From an uncultured Gammaproteobacteria bacterium (GTDB lineage: Bacteria; Patescibacteriota; Patescibacteriia; Patescibacteriales; UBA12465), in assembly GCA_964588435.1 (NCBI GenBank), contig CAZPPI010000004.1:12-64011 (forward strand): 64,000 nt of DNA, in the 5' to 3' direction. A model generated the notes under the pieces. That model worked only from the letters and a program-made list of their open reading frames with translations. It ran no database searches and had not been told where the DNA came from. This document shows positions 48,133-59,113 of this stretch, piece by piece (positions within the stretch are counted from its first letter, which is position 1; each line of letters opens with the position of its first letter). The translations under genes were made by a program, and so were the position numbers.

Positions 48133-49158
48133 ATGAAAGACAAACTACATAAATTGAAAGAAGAATTTTTAGCTAAACTTAATGAGGTTAAGGATGTCGA
48201 AAACCTAAAAGAGTTAGAATTAAGATTTTTATCAAGAAAAGGTGAATTAAGTGAGTTAATGAAAAATATTAAAGATGTTAGCGGTGATTTGCGCAAAGAA
48301 ATTGGCGAGACGGCTAATAAAATTAAGAATGAATTACAAGAAAGTTTTCATCAAGTTTCGGCTAAGTTTATTAAAAACACTAATAATGCTTTAATTGACC
48401 CAACCTTACCGGGCCCGAAACATGAAAGCGGTCATTTAAATCCAATTACTTTAGTTCAAAATGAACTTGAAGATTTATTTTCCTCGCTTGGTTTTACAAT
48501 TGAAGATGGTCCTGAAGTAGAAAGTGATTATTTTAATTTTACCGCTCTTAACGCACCACCATTTCATCCATCTAGAGATATGCAGGACACTTTTTATGTT
48601 GATTTAAAAAATTCTCAAGGAGAAATGGATGTTTTGATGAGAACTCAAACCTCCCCAGTTCAAATTAGAGCGATGTTAAAATATGGCGCTCCTTTGAAAG
48701 TTGTAATTCCTGGTAGAGTTTTTAGAAATGAATCAACCGATGCTCGCCACGAACATACTTTTTATCAATTAGAAGGAATGATTATTGCTAAAGATATTAA
48801 TTTTTCTAATCTTAAAAGTTTATTGGAAATAGTTGGTAAAAGACTTTTTGGTCCAGACACTAAACTAAGAATGAGACCAAAATTTTATCCTTTTGTGGAG
48901 CCTGGAAATAATGGTGAATATACTTGTTTTCTTTGCCAGGGCAAAGGTTGTCGCGTTTGTAAAAATACTGGTTGGTTAGAAATTGTCGGTGCCGGCTTAG
49001 TTCACCCCGACGTTTTAAGAGCCGGTGGTATTGATCCAGAAGTTTATTCCGGACTTGCCTTTGGTTTTGGCTTAACTAGATTAGCGATGCTTAAATATAA
49101 TATTAATGATGTCCGTTTATTTTCTAGTGGTGACATAAAATTTCTTGAACAATTTTAA
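48133..49158 (+). CDS. pheS: phenylalanyl-tRNA synthetase alpha subunit
   Basis: Class II motifs (HPSRDMQDTFY, FRNESTDARHEHTFYQLEG, GFGLTRLAML). Confidence 0.96.
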   Translation: MKDKLHKLKEEFLAKLNEVKDVENLKELELRFLSRKGELSELMKNIKDVSGDLRKEIGETANKIKNELQESFHQVSAKFIKNTNNALIDPTLPGPKHESGHLNPITLVQNELEDLFSSLGFTIEDGPEVESDYFNFTALNAPPFHPSRDMQDTFYVDLKNSQGEMDVLMRTQTSPVQIRAMLKYGAPLKVVIPGRVFRNESTDARHEHTFYQLEGMIIAKDINFSNLKSLLEIVGKRLFGPDTKLRMRPKFYPFVEPGNNGEYTCFLCQGKGCRVCKNTGWLEIVGAGLVHPDVLRAGGIDPEVYSGLAFGFGLTRLAMLKYNINDVRLFSSGDIKFLEQF

Positions 49159-49162
49159 AAAT

Positions 49163-51586
49163 ATGCAAATTTCTTACAATATCCTTAAAGATTTTATAAA
49201 AATACCAAAGTCAATTTCTTCTCAAGAGATTGCCGACAAGTTAACTGATCATACGGTTGAAGTTGAAGGTTTTATGAGTCAGGCGGAAAAATTTTCTGGC
49301 GTTGTTGTTGGCAAGGTTTTATCGGTTGTTAAACATCCAAAAGCTGATCGTTTAAATTTAGCTGAAGTTGATATTAAAAAAGAAAAACTTAGAATCGTTT
49401 GTGGGGCTGCTAATTTAGAGACGGGTCAGTTAGTTCCAGTTGCAACAATTGGCACGGTTTTACCGGGAGATTTTGAAATTAGAGAAAGTGAAATTAGGGG
49501 AGAAAAATCGCAAGGAATGATTTGTGCTGAAGACGAACTTGGTTTAGGTGAGGGACATGAAGGAATTATGGTCTTAGATAAAAAAGCTAAAGTTGGACAA
49601 GACTTTGCAACTTATTTAAAAACTAATGATATTATTTTTGAAGTTGATAATAAATCTTTATCTAATCGCCCCGACCTCTTAAATCATTATGGTATTGCTC
49701 GAGAATTGTCAGCGATATTTTCTCTTAAACTTGAAGCTTATGATAAGTTTATCGCTACCCCTGATTTACCGGAGAGCGGTGAAAAAATTGAAATTAAAAT
49801 TGAAGACAAGGAACTTTGTCCGAGGTATCTAGCCTTAAAAATAGAAAATATAAAAATTAAAGAATCCCCAACTTGGCTTAAAGAGCGCTTAATCGCCATT
49901 GGACAAAAGCCAATTAATAATATAGTTGACATTGCTAATTATGTGATGTTTGAAATAGGACAACCGCTACATTCCTTTGACGCCGAAAAACTTAATAAAA
50001 TTAATGTGAGGTTGGCTGATAAAAATGAAAAAATAGAAACTTTAGATGATAAAGAAAGAGAGCTTAAGGAGTCAGACCTCGTTATTGCTGATGGTAAAAA
50101 GATTTTAGCTATTGCTGGTGTAATTGGTGGCAAAGACAGCGCTGTTAATGATAAGACAACGGCAATTGTTTTAGAAGCGGCGAACTTTAAAGATACAAGT
50201 ATTAGAAAAACAGCTCAAAATCTTAATATTAGAACTGAAGCTTCAATTAGATTTGAAAAAGCGCTTGATGCTAAGCTGCCAGAATTAGCCTTAAAGAGAT
50301 TTGTTAATATTTTATTGGGGATTCTTCCGGAAGCAAAAATTTCCGGACCAGTTTCTGAAGTAAATAATTATAAGGAAGAACTTAAAGTTGTTGAACTTTC
50401 TCTTTCTTGGTTAGAAAAGAAAATTGGTCAAAAAATTGATAAAGACAAAGCTCTAAAACAATTATCAGCTCTTGGTTTTTTAATTAAAGAGCTTGACGGA
50501 GAGATTTTTGAAGTTACCATTCCTTCTTGGCGTGCAACTAAAGATGTTAAGTTAAAAGAAGATGTGCTTGAAGAAGTTCTTCGTCTTTACGGCTATAATA
50601 ATATTGAGTCAAAATTACCAGACGAAACCCTAAGTTTACCAGTTGTTAACGAATTAAGATTATTTGAAAGAAAATTAAAAGATTTTTTTGCTCTAAAACA
50701 TTCTTTGTTTGAAGTTTATAATTATTCTTTTGTTGGCGAGGAGCAACTTAATAAATTAGAGATAGATTATTCACATTATTTAAAACTTGCTAACCCCTTA
50801 TCAGAAAATTATTCTCTATTAAGACAATCTTTGGTTCCTAATTTAGCTTTAAATATTAAAAATAATCAATTTAAGGCGACGCGTTTAGGTTTTTTTGAGA
50901 TTGGCAACACTTTCTTTAATCATCCGGGGACATTAATTAAAGATAAAGAAAGTGATGAGGTCTTGCCTTATCAAGAAACAAAATTAAGCATCGCCTTGGC
51001 CGATGATAGCAAAGATTTATTTTTAAGGGCCAAGTCTTTAGTTGCCACTTTGTTTGATTTTATTTCTCAAGGAATTTTATTGGAGTTCTTGCCAGCAGAA
51101 ACTTATCCGGCTTGGGCAAAAAAAGATGAGTTTGCTAACGTTGTTGTTGCCGAACATCCGGTCGGGTTTGTTTCTATTTTAAGTAAAGAAGTTGCTAATA
51201 AATTTGGAATTAAAAAAAATATAGTTTTTATAGAATTAAGTCTTAAAGATTTATTTGCTCTTTACCAAATTTATACTAGAAAAGTTTTTCAAGAGCCAGC
51301 CAAATATCCAGCGGTTGAAAGAGACTTAGCTTTTGTAATTGACGAAGAAATAATGTATAATAATATTAAGAGAGAAATTTCTTCTTTTTCTGATTTAATA
51401 AAATCAGTCGAGTTATTTGATGTTTATTCTGGTGATAAACTTGAAATAGGTAAAAAAAGTTTAGCCTTTCACTTAAGCTATTTATCAAACGAGAAAACTT
51501 TAACAACAGTCGAGGTTGATGCGGTTCAACTAGAGTTAATAAATCATTTAGCGGAGAAATTCTCAGCTAAACTAAGAGACTTTTAA
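49163..51586 (+). CDS. pheT: phenylalanyl-tRNA synthetase beta subunit
   Basis: MQISYNILKDFI start, tRNA-binding OB domain (KHPKADRLNL...CGAAN), B3/4 and B5 domains. I prefer the ATG at 49163 over the track start at 49145, which overlaps pheS. Confidence 0.94.
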   Translation: MQISYNILKDFIKIPKSISSQEIADKLTDHTVEVEGFMSQAEKFSGVVVGKVLSVVKHPKADRLNLAEVDIKKEKLRIVCGAANLETGQLVPVATIGTVLPGDFEIRESEIRGEKSQGMICAEDELGLGEGHEGIMVLDKKAKVGQDFATYLKTNDIIFEVDNKSLSNRPDLLNHYGIARELSAIFSLKLEAYDKFIATPDLPESGEKIEIKIEDKELCPRYLALKIENIKIKESPTWLKERLIAIGQKPINNIVDIANYVMFEIGQPLHSFDAEKLNKINVRLADKNEKIETLDDKERELKESDLVIADGKKILAIAGVIGGKDSAVNDKTTAIVLEAANFKDTSIRKTAQNLNIRTEASIRFEKALDAKLPELALKRFVNILLGILPEAKISGPVSEVNNYKEELKVVELSLSWLEKKIGQKIDKDKALKQLSALGFLIKELDGEIFEVTIPSWRATKDVKLKEDVLEEVLRLYGYNNIESKLPDETLSLPVVNELRLFERKLKDFFALKHSLFEVYNYSFVGEEQLNKLEIDYSHYLKLANPLSENYSLLRQSLVPNLALNIKNNQFKATRLGFFEIGNTFFNHPGTLIKDKESDEVLPYQETKLSIALADDSKDLFLRAKSLVATLFDFISQGILLEFLPAETYPAWAKKDEFANVVVAEHPVGFVSILSKEVANKFGIKKNIVFIELSLKDLFALYQIYTRKVFQEPAKYPAVERDLAFVIDEEIMYNNIKREISSFSDLIKSVELFDVYSGDKLEIGKKSLAFHLSYLSNEKTLTTVEVDAVQLELINHLAEKFSAKLRDF

Positions 51587-51604
51587 TAAAATAACATAAA
51601 ATTT

Positions 51605-51904
51605 ATGTTCTCTACTTCAACTGATATTTTAAATTTAGTTTTAGCGATTTGTATTATCGCTTTAACAGTTTTTTTATGCATTTCTCTTTTCTATCTTATT
51701 TCCAGTATTAGAAAAACTCACCGGGTTATCAAAATGGTTGAAGGTGGAGTTTATAAGGTTGAAGAGTTAATAAATATTATTCGCGATAAAATAAGAGGGG
51801 GGGGTGCTTATTTGATGATTTTAGGGGAAGTTGCTAAAAGAGCGATGGATTATTTTTCAGAAAAGAAAAGTGAGGGGAAGGAGAAAAGTAAGAAGAGAAA
51901 ATAA
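51605..51904 (+). CDS. hypothetical small membrane protein (99 aa)
   Basis: One N-terminal TM helix and a Lys/Glu-rich tail. No family recognised. Confidence 0.45.
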   Translation: MFSTSTDILNLVLAICIIALTVFLCISLFYLISSIRKTHRVIKMVEGGVYKVEELINIIRDKIRGGGAYLMILGEVAKRAMDYFSEKKSEGKEKSKKRK

Positions 51905-51955
51905 AAAATAAAAATATATTTATTAAAAAAGACCGCTGTTAATCGGTCTTTTGAT

Positions 51956-54178
51956 TTAAGAACAATCTCTATTTGAACATTTAATTTTCTTTGTCTTTAA
52001 ATCTTCAACCATTAAAGCTCCACAAGTCGGGCATTTTTCTCCAGTTGGTTTACCCCAATAAGCGTTTTTACATTTAGGATAATTGTCACAAGCATAAAAA
52101 ACTCCACGCTTGCTAAACTTTTTAACGATATGACCATCTTGGCAAATCGGACAAGAAACCTCTTTCTCATCGTCAGTACTAACATTTTTTATATTTTTAC
52201 AACTCGGATAAGCGGTGCAAGCTAGGAAGGGACCAAATTTACCAGTTTTTATCTTCATTACCGCTCCACATTTTGAACAAACTTCGTTAGCATATTTTTT
52301 TTCAAGCTCTTCAAGGGCTTTATCTTTTTTTACCTCACCATTTTCTCCAGAGCTAACTCCGTTTTTAATGTTTTTACAATCAGGATAGGCGCTGCAAGCT
52401 AAAAACTTGCCGAAGCGACTAGTTTTCATTATCATTGGTGCTCCGCACTTGTCACATTTTTCATTTGTTTCTTGTTCTGGCATAATATCTTTTTTATTTA
52501 TTTCTTCATATTTTTTTAAAAGGTTTTTGTGGAAATCGGAATAGAAATCAGAAATTACCGGTTGCCATTTTTTCTTACCCTCCGCTATTTCATCTAAATC
52601 ATTCTCAAGTTTAGCAGTAAAACCGTAATCAATTATTTTTTTAAAGTGAGCGCTTAATAAATCCGTTACAACGAAAGCAATTTCACTTGGTTTTAATCTT
52701 TTATTATCATCGCGCAAGGCATAATTTCTCGTGATAATTGTATTAATTGTTGGGGCATAAGTTGAAGGGCGACCGACTCCGTGTTTTTCCATCTCTTTAA
52801 CTAGGGAGGCGTCTGAATATCGAGCTGGAGGAACGGTTGCATGCTCATTAACTTTTAATTCTTTTAATTCTAAAACTTCTTCTTCCTTTAATTCTGGCAA
52901 ATCTTGTTCTTTAGTTTTTTCTGGCCAAATTTCTAAGAACCCAGGGAAAGAAATTATCTGACCACTAGCTCGGAATAAATAACTCTCCTCCGAACTATTA
53001 GGTTTTGCTTCAATATCAACGGTTGTAGTGGCTAATTTAGCTGCGGTCATTTGACTAGCGACCGCTTTTTGCCAAATTAATCTATAAAGTTTAAACTGAC
53101 TTCTTTCTAATTTAGTTTCAAGTTCTTCTGGGGTTTTTTCAACCTCAGTCGGTCTGACCGCTTCATGGGCTTCTTGAGCATTTTTACTTTTATTTTTAAA
53201 AATAATCGCTGTTTTCGGTAAATATTTTTTGCCCAAGCTATTATCTATCCAGGATCTAGCTTCGTTTAAGAACTTTGGGGAGAGGTTAAGCGAATCAGTT
53301 CTCATATAAGTTATAAAGCCTTGTTCGTAAAGCTTTTGGGCGACTGACATCGTTTGTTTAGCACTAAAACCAAGTTGACGGTTAGCTGATTGTTGTAAAG
53401 TTGAAGTTGTAAAAGGAGCGCCAGGGCTTTTTTTAACTTCTTTTTTTATAATAGAGACTATTTTAAATTCAGAATCCTTAACAGCTTCTTTAATTTTTTC
53501 CGCCTCTTCTTTTTTTAATTCAAGCTTATTAAAACTTTTACCTTTTAATTTACAAAGATCAGCGTTAAAAGTAATTTTATTATTTTTTTGTTTTAACTGT
53601 GCACTTAAGCTAGCATAAGCCTCGCTTTTAAAAGCCGTTATTTCTTTTTCTCTTTCAACTATCATTTTAGTTGCAACACTTTGAACGCGTCCGGCAGATA
53701 ATCCTTTAGCAACTTTTTTCCAAAGAAAGGGAGATAGTTCATAACCAACAAGACGATCAAGAACACGACGAGCCTGTTGAGCATTAACCATCTCCTGGTT
53801 TATTTTTATTGGCTTATCAAGAGCACTTAAAATCGCCTCTTTGGTGATTTCATGAAAAACAATTCTTTTAGTATTTTCTTGATTTAATTTTAAAGCCTCG
53901 GCTAAATGCCAGGCAATTGCTTCTCCTTCTCGGTCTTCGTCAGAAGCTAAAATAACCTCATCACAAGTTGTAGCAATTTTTTTCAAAGAGCTAATAAGTT
54001 TTTTAGCTTTAGTCGGGACAACATAGCGAGGCACAAAATTGTTTTCAATATCAATTCCCATTTCGCTTTTTGGTAAGTCGCGGACATGTCCAAAAGACGA
54101 TTCAACAATATAGTTTTTATCTAAAAATTTCGTTATGGTTTTGGCCTTAGTTGGCGATTCTACTATTATTAATTTCAT
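51956..54178 (-). CDS. topA: DNA topoisomerase I with C-terminal zinc ribbons
   Basis: TOPRIM MKLIIVESPTKAKTI, DEDREGE, active-site region GFITYMRTDS, and several C-x2-C...C-x2-C ribbons. Confidence 0.96.
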   Translation of the reverse strand: MKLIIVESPTKAKTITKFLDKNYIVESSFGHVRDLPKSEMGIDIENNFVPRYVVPTKAKKLISSLKKIATTCDEVILASDEDREGEAIAWHLAEALKLNQENTKRIVFHEITKEAILSALDKPIKINQEMVNAQQARRVLDRLVGYELSPFLWKKVAKGLSAGRVQSVATKMIVEREKEITAFKSEAYASLSAQLKQKNNKITFNADLCKLKGKSFNKLELKKEEAEKIKEAVKDSEFKIVSIIKKEVKKSPGAPFTTSTLQQSANRQLGFSAKQTMSVAQKLYEQGFITYMRTDSLNLSPKFLNEARSWIDNSLGKKYLPKTAIIFKNKSKNAQEAHEAVRPTEVEKTPEELETKLERSQFKLYRLIWQKAVASQMTAAKLATTTVDIEAKPNSSEESYLFRASGQIISFPGFLEIWPEKTKEQDLPELKEEEVLELKELKVNEHATVPPARYSDASLVKEMEKHGVGRPSTYAPTINTIITRNYALRDDNKRLKPSEIAFVVTDLLSAHFKKIIDYGFTAKLENDLDEIAEGKKKWQPVISDFYSDFHKNLLKKYEEINKKDIMPEQETNEKCDKCGAPMIMKTSRFGKFLACSAYPDCKNIKNGVSSGENGEVKKDKALEELEKKYANEVCSKCGAVMKIKTGKFGPFLACTAYPSCKNIKNVSTDDEKEVSCPICQDGHIVKKFSKRGVFYACDNYPKCKNAYWGKPTGEKCPTCGALMVEDLKTKKIKCSNRDCS

Positions 54179-54180
54179 AA

Positions 54181-55386
54181 TTAGCTTAAATTATAGCCAT
54201 TATAGCCCTTTTTTATCAAAGATTTTATTTCCAATATACTAAGTGTACTATTTATTGTCGCTGTGTCAAGTTTAGTTGTTTCTGAGATTTCTTCAAGCTT
54301 TATATTTTCTGAGCGTTCGCCCGCCCTTTTTATTAAGAAATAAATTGTTTTTTCCTCTTCGTTTTCAAATTTAATTTTTTTATTTTTAAATTTCTTGAGA
54401 CTTTTTTTGTTTAAAATCTCTTTACTACCTTCATCAATTAAATTTTGATCAATGAAAAATTCTAAAATATCAGCACCGTCTTTAATTAGCTGAGCTCCTT
54501 CAGAAATTAATTTATTAGTCCCATTTGAAAATTCGGAAAAAATATTACCTGGGATAGCCATAACTTCCCGCCCTTGGTCCAGGGCTTCTTTAGCTGTAAT
54601 AAAAGAACCTGATCTCTCTTTTGCCTCAATAATTAAAACCGCCCGTGACAAACCGGAAATTATCCTATTTCTTAAGGGAAAATTTTGTCTTAGCGCTTTT
54701 GTTCCCGGGGGAAATTCCGAAATTAGAGCCCCACCACTTGCAATAATTTCTTTTGCGAGTTTTAAATTTTCTAAGGGATAAAAATCATTTTCTTCAAGAC
54801 CGGTTCCTAAAACGGCGATTGTTTTTAACTTGTTTTTAAGAGCTTCTTTATGTGCTAAGGCATCAATACCACGAGCTAAGCCGCTAATAATTACTAATTT
54901 AGCTTTAGCAATAGGGTTTAAAAGAAAAGTTATTACTTTTTCGCCGTAAGCACTGTGTTTTCTTGAACCAATAACGGCTAAACCTTTATTATTATCGAAA
55001 TTTATATTCCCTCGATAATATAAAAGAAAAGGTGGATCATTAATTTCTTTTAAAATTCTTGGATAAGAGTCTTCTCCTATATAAACAAAATTTATTTTAT
55101 TTTTTTCAAGTCGAGCTATAGCATTTTCTATAGAAAACTCTTGGCGAAACTTTAAAAAAGCATAAATAACCTCTTCTTTGATTTCTGCTCGTTTTAAATT
55201 TTCGAAATCGCTATAATAAGCTTGATCAAGCGAACCAAAGTAATTAAGTAATTTAATTATGCTTTTTGGCCCAATTTTAAAAAAATTATTAAAACTTAAA
55301 GCGGCTAAGCGCTCTTTTTCTTTTATAGTAGTCTTATTAAAATTGATAGTCTCCTCGAAGGAGTTGGCTTGGCTAAACTTGTCCAT
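54181..55386 (-). CDS. dprA: DNA processing protein DprA (Smf)
   Basis: Rossmann core GSRKHSAYG...SGLARGIDALAH...GTGLE. The dprA-topA pairing is common. Confidence 0.9.
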   Translation of the reverse strand: MDKFSQANSFEETINFNKTTIKEKERLAALSFNNFFKIGPKSIIKLLNYFGSLDQAYYSDFENLKRAEIKEEVIYAFLKFRQEFSIENAIARLEKNKINFVYIGEDSYPRILKEINDPPFLLYYRGNINFDNNKGLAVIGSRKHSAYGEKVITFLLNPIAKAKLVIISGLARGIDALAHKEALKNKLKTIAVLGTGLEENDFYPLENLKLAKEIIASGGALISEFPPGTKALRQNFPLRNRIISGLSRAVLIIEAKERSGSFITAKEALDQGREVMAIPGNIFSEFSNGTNKLISEGAQLIKDGADILEFFIDQNLIDEGSKEILNKKSLKKFKNKKIKFENEEEKTIYFLIKRAGERSENIKLEEISETTKLDTATINSTLSILEIKSLIKKGYNGYNLS

Positions 55387-55450
55387 ATTTATAATTTAAT
55401 TTAAAAATTAAATTATAAACCATGGATCATTAAAAAAAATCAAAGTTTTT

Positions 55451-55996
55451 TTAAAGAATTTCTAAATTTATTTGCGAGAATATTTCTTTTAATTTTAATC
55501 GCTCCTCTTCATTAAAATTTTGTAAAACAAATTTTTCAGTTGGAATTGGATTTTTTAAAGTTTCATTTTTTATGCCAAGTTTAATTCGAGAAAATTTTTG
55601 AGTTTTTAATTCTTTAATTATTGACTTTAAGCCATTGTGGCCAGCGCTGCCAGAATCTTTAGTTTCTTTTAATCGACCAAAATCAAGATCAACATCATCG
55701 TGTATAACTTTTAAAACATCACTTAAGTCGGCATCTTTTTTGTTAATTAAACCAAAACTTTTTGGTAGTAATTTATAATAAGATAAAATCGCTCTTAAAC
55801 TTTCCCCCGAAAGATTCATATAAGTTAAGGGTTTAACAAAAAGATGGTTGCCTCTTTGATAAGTAAGTGCTTTAAAACGTTTATTCTCGGTCCATTTAAC
55901 TTCGCCTAAATAGAAATCAAGTGCTAACCAGCCAATATTATGTCGGCTATTTTTATATTTATCTCCCGGATTTCCTAGCCCGGCAATAATTATCAT
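55451..55996 (-). CDS. pth: peptidyl-tRNA hydrolase
   Basis: MIIIAGLGNPGDKYKNSRHNIG start and a GHNGLKS motif. Confidence 0.93.
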   Translation of the reverse strand: MIIIAGLGNPGDKYKNSRHNIGWLALDFYLGEVKWTENKRFKALTYQRGNHLFVKPLTYMNLSGESLRAILSYYKLLPKSFGLINKKDADLSDVLKVIHDDVDLDFGRLKETKDSGSAGHNGLKSIIKELKTQKFSRIKLGIKNETLKNPIPTEKFVLQNFNEEERLKLKEIFSQINLEIL

Positions 55997-56019
55997 ATAA
56001 TTATTTATTTAAGTAAATC

Positions 56020-57432
56020 CTAGTTATTATAAGTTGTGTGTGATTTTTTATCCTTAGTAACGCGGATATTTATTGGTGTTCCTAAAAAACCATGACGTTC
56101 TCGCAAACGATTTTCCATAAAACGAACATAAGAGGCATGTAAATCATCGTTGGGACCAATTCTTAATTTAAATAATGGTGGATTATTTTTTTCTTGAACA
56201 AACTCATAAATTCTTGGGGGTTTTGTGCCCTTGCCTTTAGCCGGTTTATGAATTTTAACAACTCTTTTTAAAAATTTTTCTGTTTGTGAGGGGCTTAACA
56301 TTAATTTTCTTTGTTCCGCAATTTTCACAACCAATTCCATTATTTTTCCAACCTTCTCGCCCGTTTTAGCGGAGATAAATTGAATTGGGGCATAGGCAAC
56401 AAATGGCATCTTGTTTCTTAAAAACTCGGTCCATCTTTTTGTATCCCTATCTTCAACTTTATCCCATTTATTTCCAATAATTATTAAACTTTTGCGACGA
56501 TTATTTATTTCTTCAATAATTTTTAAGTCTTGATGAGTGATTTCTTCGCTTAAATCTAAAATTAATAAGGCAATATCAGTCTGCTCTAAGGAGCTAAAAG
56601 TTTTTTCAATCCCAAATTTTTCTAAACCCTTACCCTTTTTTCCTTGTCGAGAAATTCCGGCGGTATCAATAAGGCGGATTAAATTATCTTTGAAATTTAT
56701 TTTAGTATCCTGTGATTCGCGAGTTGTATGAGGAACAGGACTAACGACAACTCTCTCATAACCAAGAATTGAATTAAGTAGAGATGATTTGCCAACATTG
56801 GGTTTACCGACTAAGCAGACGTTAGTTGTTAAATCATTATCGCTATATTTTTCCGGTGCTTTATTTTTTCTTTTTTTATCAATTCGGTCAACAATTAAAT
56901 CTAATAGGTCTCCCGTTCCTAAACCACTAACAGCCGAAATAGAAAAGGGTTCGCCAAGACCAAGTTTATTAAATTGAGCCGATTCGGATTCTGCCCTTAA
57001 ACCATCAACTTTATTTATTACTAAAATTGTTTTCTTTTTATATTTTTCACTTTTATTAATTGCCCGTGCTAATTCTATATCTTCAGGCATTAAGCCTGCT
57101 TTAGCATCAGCTAAAAAAATCAATAAACTTGCTTTTTCTAAATAAGAAATTGCCTGAGCTTGAACCATCTCATCCAAATCATCGCTCTTTATTTTTTTAC
57201 CAAGATAATGATAGTCAATAATACCAGCGGTATCAACAATTTCAAAAGCACTATTGTTCCACTCAACAATACCAAGGTTACTATCTCTAGTTGTTCCAGA
57301 AATATTTGAAACAAGAGCTTGTTTCTTTTCAGTTAAACAATTAAATAAGGTTGACTTGCCAACATTGGTTCGACCATAAAGAGCAACTAAGGGTAGTTTC
57401 TCTTTTTTTTCTTCAGTTATATTATCTATCAT
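56020..57432 (-). CDS. der: ribosome-associated GTPase Der/EngA
   Basis: Two tandem GTPase domains (GRTNVGKST, GKPNVGKSS) plus a KH-like C-terminus. Confidence 0.95.
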   Translation of the reverse strand: MIDNITEEKKEKLPLVALYGRTNVGKSTLFNCLTEKKQALVSNISGTTRDSNLGIVEWNNSAFEIVDTAGIIDYHYLGKKIKSDDLDEMVQAQAISYLEKASLLIFLADAKAGLMPEDIELARAINKSEKYKKKTILVINKVDGLRAESESAQFNKLGLGEPFSISAVSGLGTGDLLDLIVDRIDKKRKNKAPEKYSDNDLTTNVCLVGKPNVGKSSLLNSILGYERVVVSPVPHTTRESQDTKINFKDNLIRLIDTAGISRQGKKGKGLEKFGIEKTFSSLEQTDIALLILDLSEEITHQDLKIIEEINNRRKSLIIIGNKWDKVEDRDTKRWTEFLRNKMPFVAYAPIQFISAKTGEKVGKIMELVVKIAEQRKLMLSPSQTEKFLKRVVKIHKPAKGKGTKPPRIYEFVQEKNNPPLFKLRIGPNDDLHASYVRFMENRLRERHGFLGTPINIRVTKDKKSHTTYNN

Positions 57433-57468
57433 ATATTTTAAAACAGCTTACGAAGCTAAGATCTCAAA

Positions 57469-58965
57469 TTAATATTCAGTGTCTGCCTCTGCTCCTAAAA
57501 CAATAATTAAGTCAGGGCTTGAACTTGAAAGCTTATACTCTTTAACCCATTCTGGCAAGGATTTACTTTCTTCAGCGTTTAAAATTTCCTTTAGAATATT
57601 AAGAGCGGTATCTTTTTGCCCATCGCTTAAATCATAAATTATAGTTTCACTATAATCTCTCATCGGCGCATTAGCAACTTCTAAAACTTCAAAGCCCGCT
57701 TCTTTAGCGATGGCAGATTTTCGTCCAGCTAAACCACTAACCCAGGTTCCATTTAAAACCGTAACTGAACTTGTGCCAGAAATTGTTTTAATAGCCTCGT
57801 TTCTTATTTTTTTAGTTTCGATTACTTCTGGCTCGGGAAAAATATCTTGAACTAAAGACCTAATGTCAGAAAAATTACCTGATTTTGGTAAGAGAATAAA
57901 GGCGCCATCCTCACCCCGACTAGAAATTAAATAATTATCAGGGGCATCATTTAAAACAAAATTAATTATTTGGTCCCTTTCAATATCCTTACCGATATCC
58001 CAAAGTCGTAAGACTTCCCAAATTTCTAAGTTAGTGGAAACATTTTTATTTAATTGGTTAGCCAGCTTGCTTAAGGTAACAGGATTTAATAAAGTTCCAG
58101 CTGATAATAACTTATCTTTTACCGCCTCTATCATTAGTTGTTGTCTTCTCGCTCTAGCATAGTCGGAGCCTTCAATCCCAAAAGCTTTACGACTACGGGC
58201 ATATTTTAAAGCAGTTGCTCCATCCATCGTTTGTTTGCCGGCCTTAAAACTTAATTTTTCAAAACGAGCATAGTAATTAGGATTATCTTCTTGACCTCCT
58301 ATTGGGTACATATTATCAACAAAAGAGTTTTCTACTACAATTTCTATTCCACCAATTTCATCAATTATTTTAGCAAAACCATTAAAATCAATTCTGATAT
58401 AATAATCTATTTCCGTTTTTAATAGTTCACTCATCGATTCAATTGTTTTTTGACCACCACTACCAGGTTCTGCAGCTTCGGCATAAGCATTAATACTATT
58501 TATTTTACGCCAATTATTAGTTGGGCTTACCATGTCTCTTGGAAAAGAAATGAGAGAAACTTCTTTAGTTGAAGGTTTAATACTGGCAAGAATGATGGTG
58601 TCAGTTAAAAAGGCGCCATCATGTCCCTCCCCACCCATGCCAAGTAATAATATATTTATTCTATCATTTTCTTCACCTTGTAGTTTTTTATCAAGACTTG
58701 GAGCAAAACTTTTTATTTTGTTAAAAAAATTATTATGTTCTAACCAAAGACTAGCACCGGAACTGGACATTATAACTTTTCCAGAAAATATTAAAGCAAG
58801 AACAATAACAAAAATTATAGCGTTGGAAAAACGTCTTCGTTTTTTATTAGAAAAAACCTCCTCAAAAGATTCTATGTTCTCATCTCTTTCAGCGCTTTTA
58901 TATTCATCTTTATTAAAAGAGTTTAATTTTTCCTCTTCTTCAAGTCTTTTCTTAAAATCTATCAT
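57469..58965 (-). CDS. LytR-CpsA-Psr (LCP) family protein with a LytR_C-like C-terminal domain
   Basis: TM anchor. LCP core INILLLGMGGEGHDGAFLTDTIILASI...SFPRD. Confidence 0.88.
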   Translation of the reverse strand: MIDFKKRLEEEEKLNSFNKDEYKSAERDENIESFEEVFSNKKRRRFSNAIIFVIVLALIFSGKVIMSSSGASLWLEHNNFFNKIKSFAPSLDKKLQGEENDRINILLLGMGGEGHDGAFLTDTIILASIKPSTKEVSLISFPRDMVSPTNNWRKINSINAYAEAAEPGSGGQKTIESMSELLKTEIDYYIRIDFNGFAKIIDEIGGIEIVVENSFVDNMYPIGGQEDNPNYYARFEKLSFKAGKQTMDGATALKYARSRKAFGIEGSDYARARRQQLMIEAVKDKLLSAGTLLNPVTLSKLANQLNKNVSTNLEIWEVLRLWDIGKDIERDQIINFVLNDAPDNYLISSRGEDGAFILLPKSGNFSDIRSLVQDIFPEPEVIETKKIRNEAIKTISGTSSVTVLNGTWVSGLAGRKSAIAKEAGFEVLEVANAPMRDYSETIIYDLSDGQKDTALNILKEILNAEESKSLPEWVKEYKLSSSSPDLIIVLGAEADTEY

Positions 58966-59113
58966 ATGTAAATTAGCTAATATTAAATAGTTTTTTAAAT
59001 CAATAAAAAAATAGATCGACTAAAATCAACTGCCTCCATTATAGTAATAAGGGGGGTATTTGTCAAAGTAGTTAAAATTAAGCGTTATTGGTTTAAGTCT
59101 ATTTTATATTTCT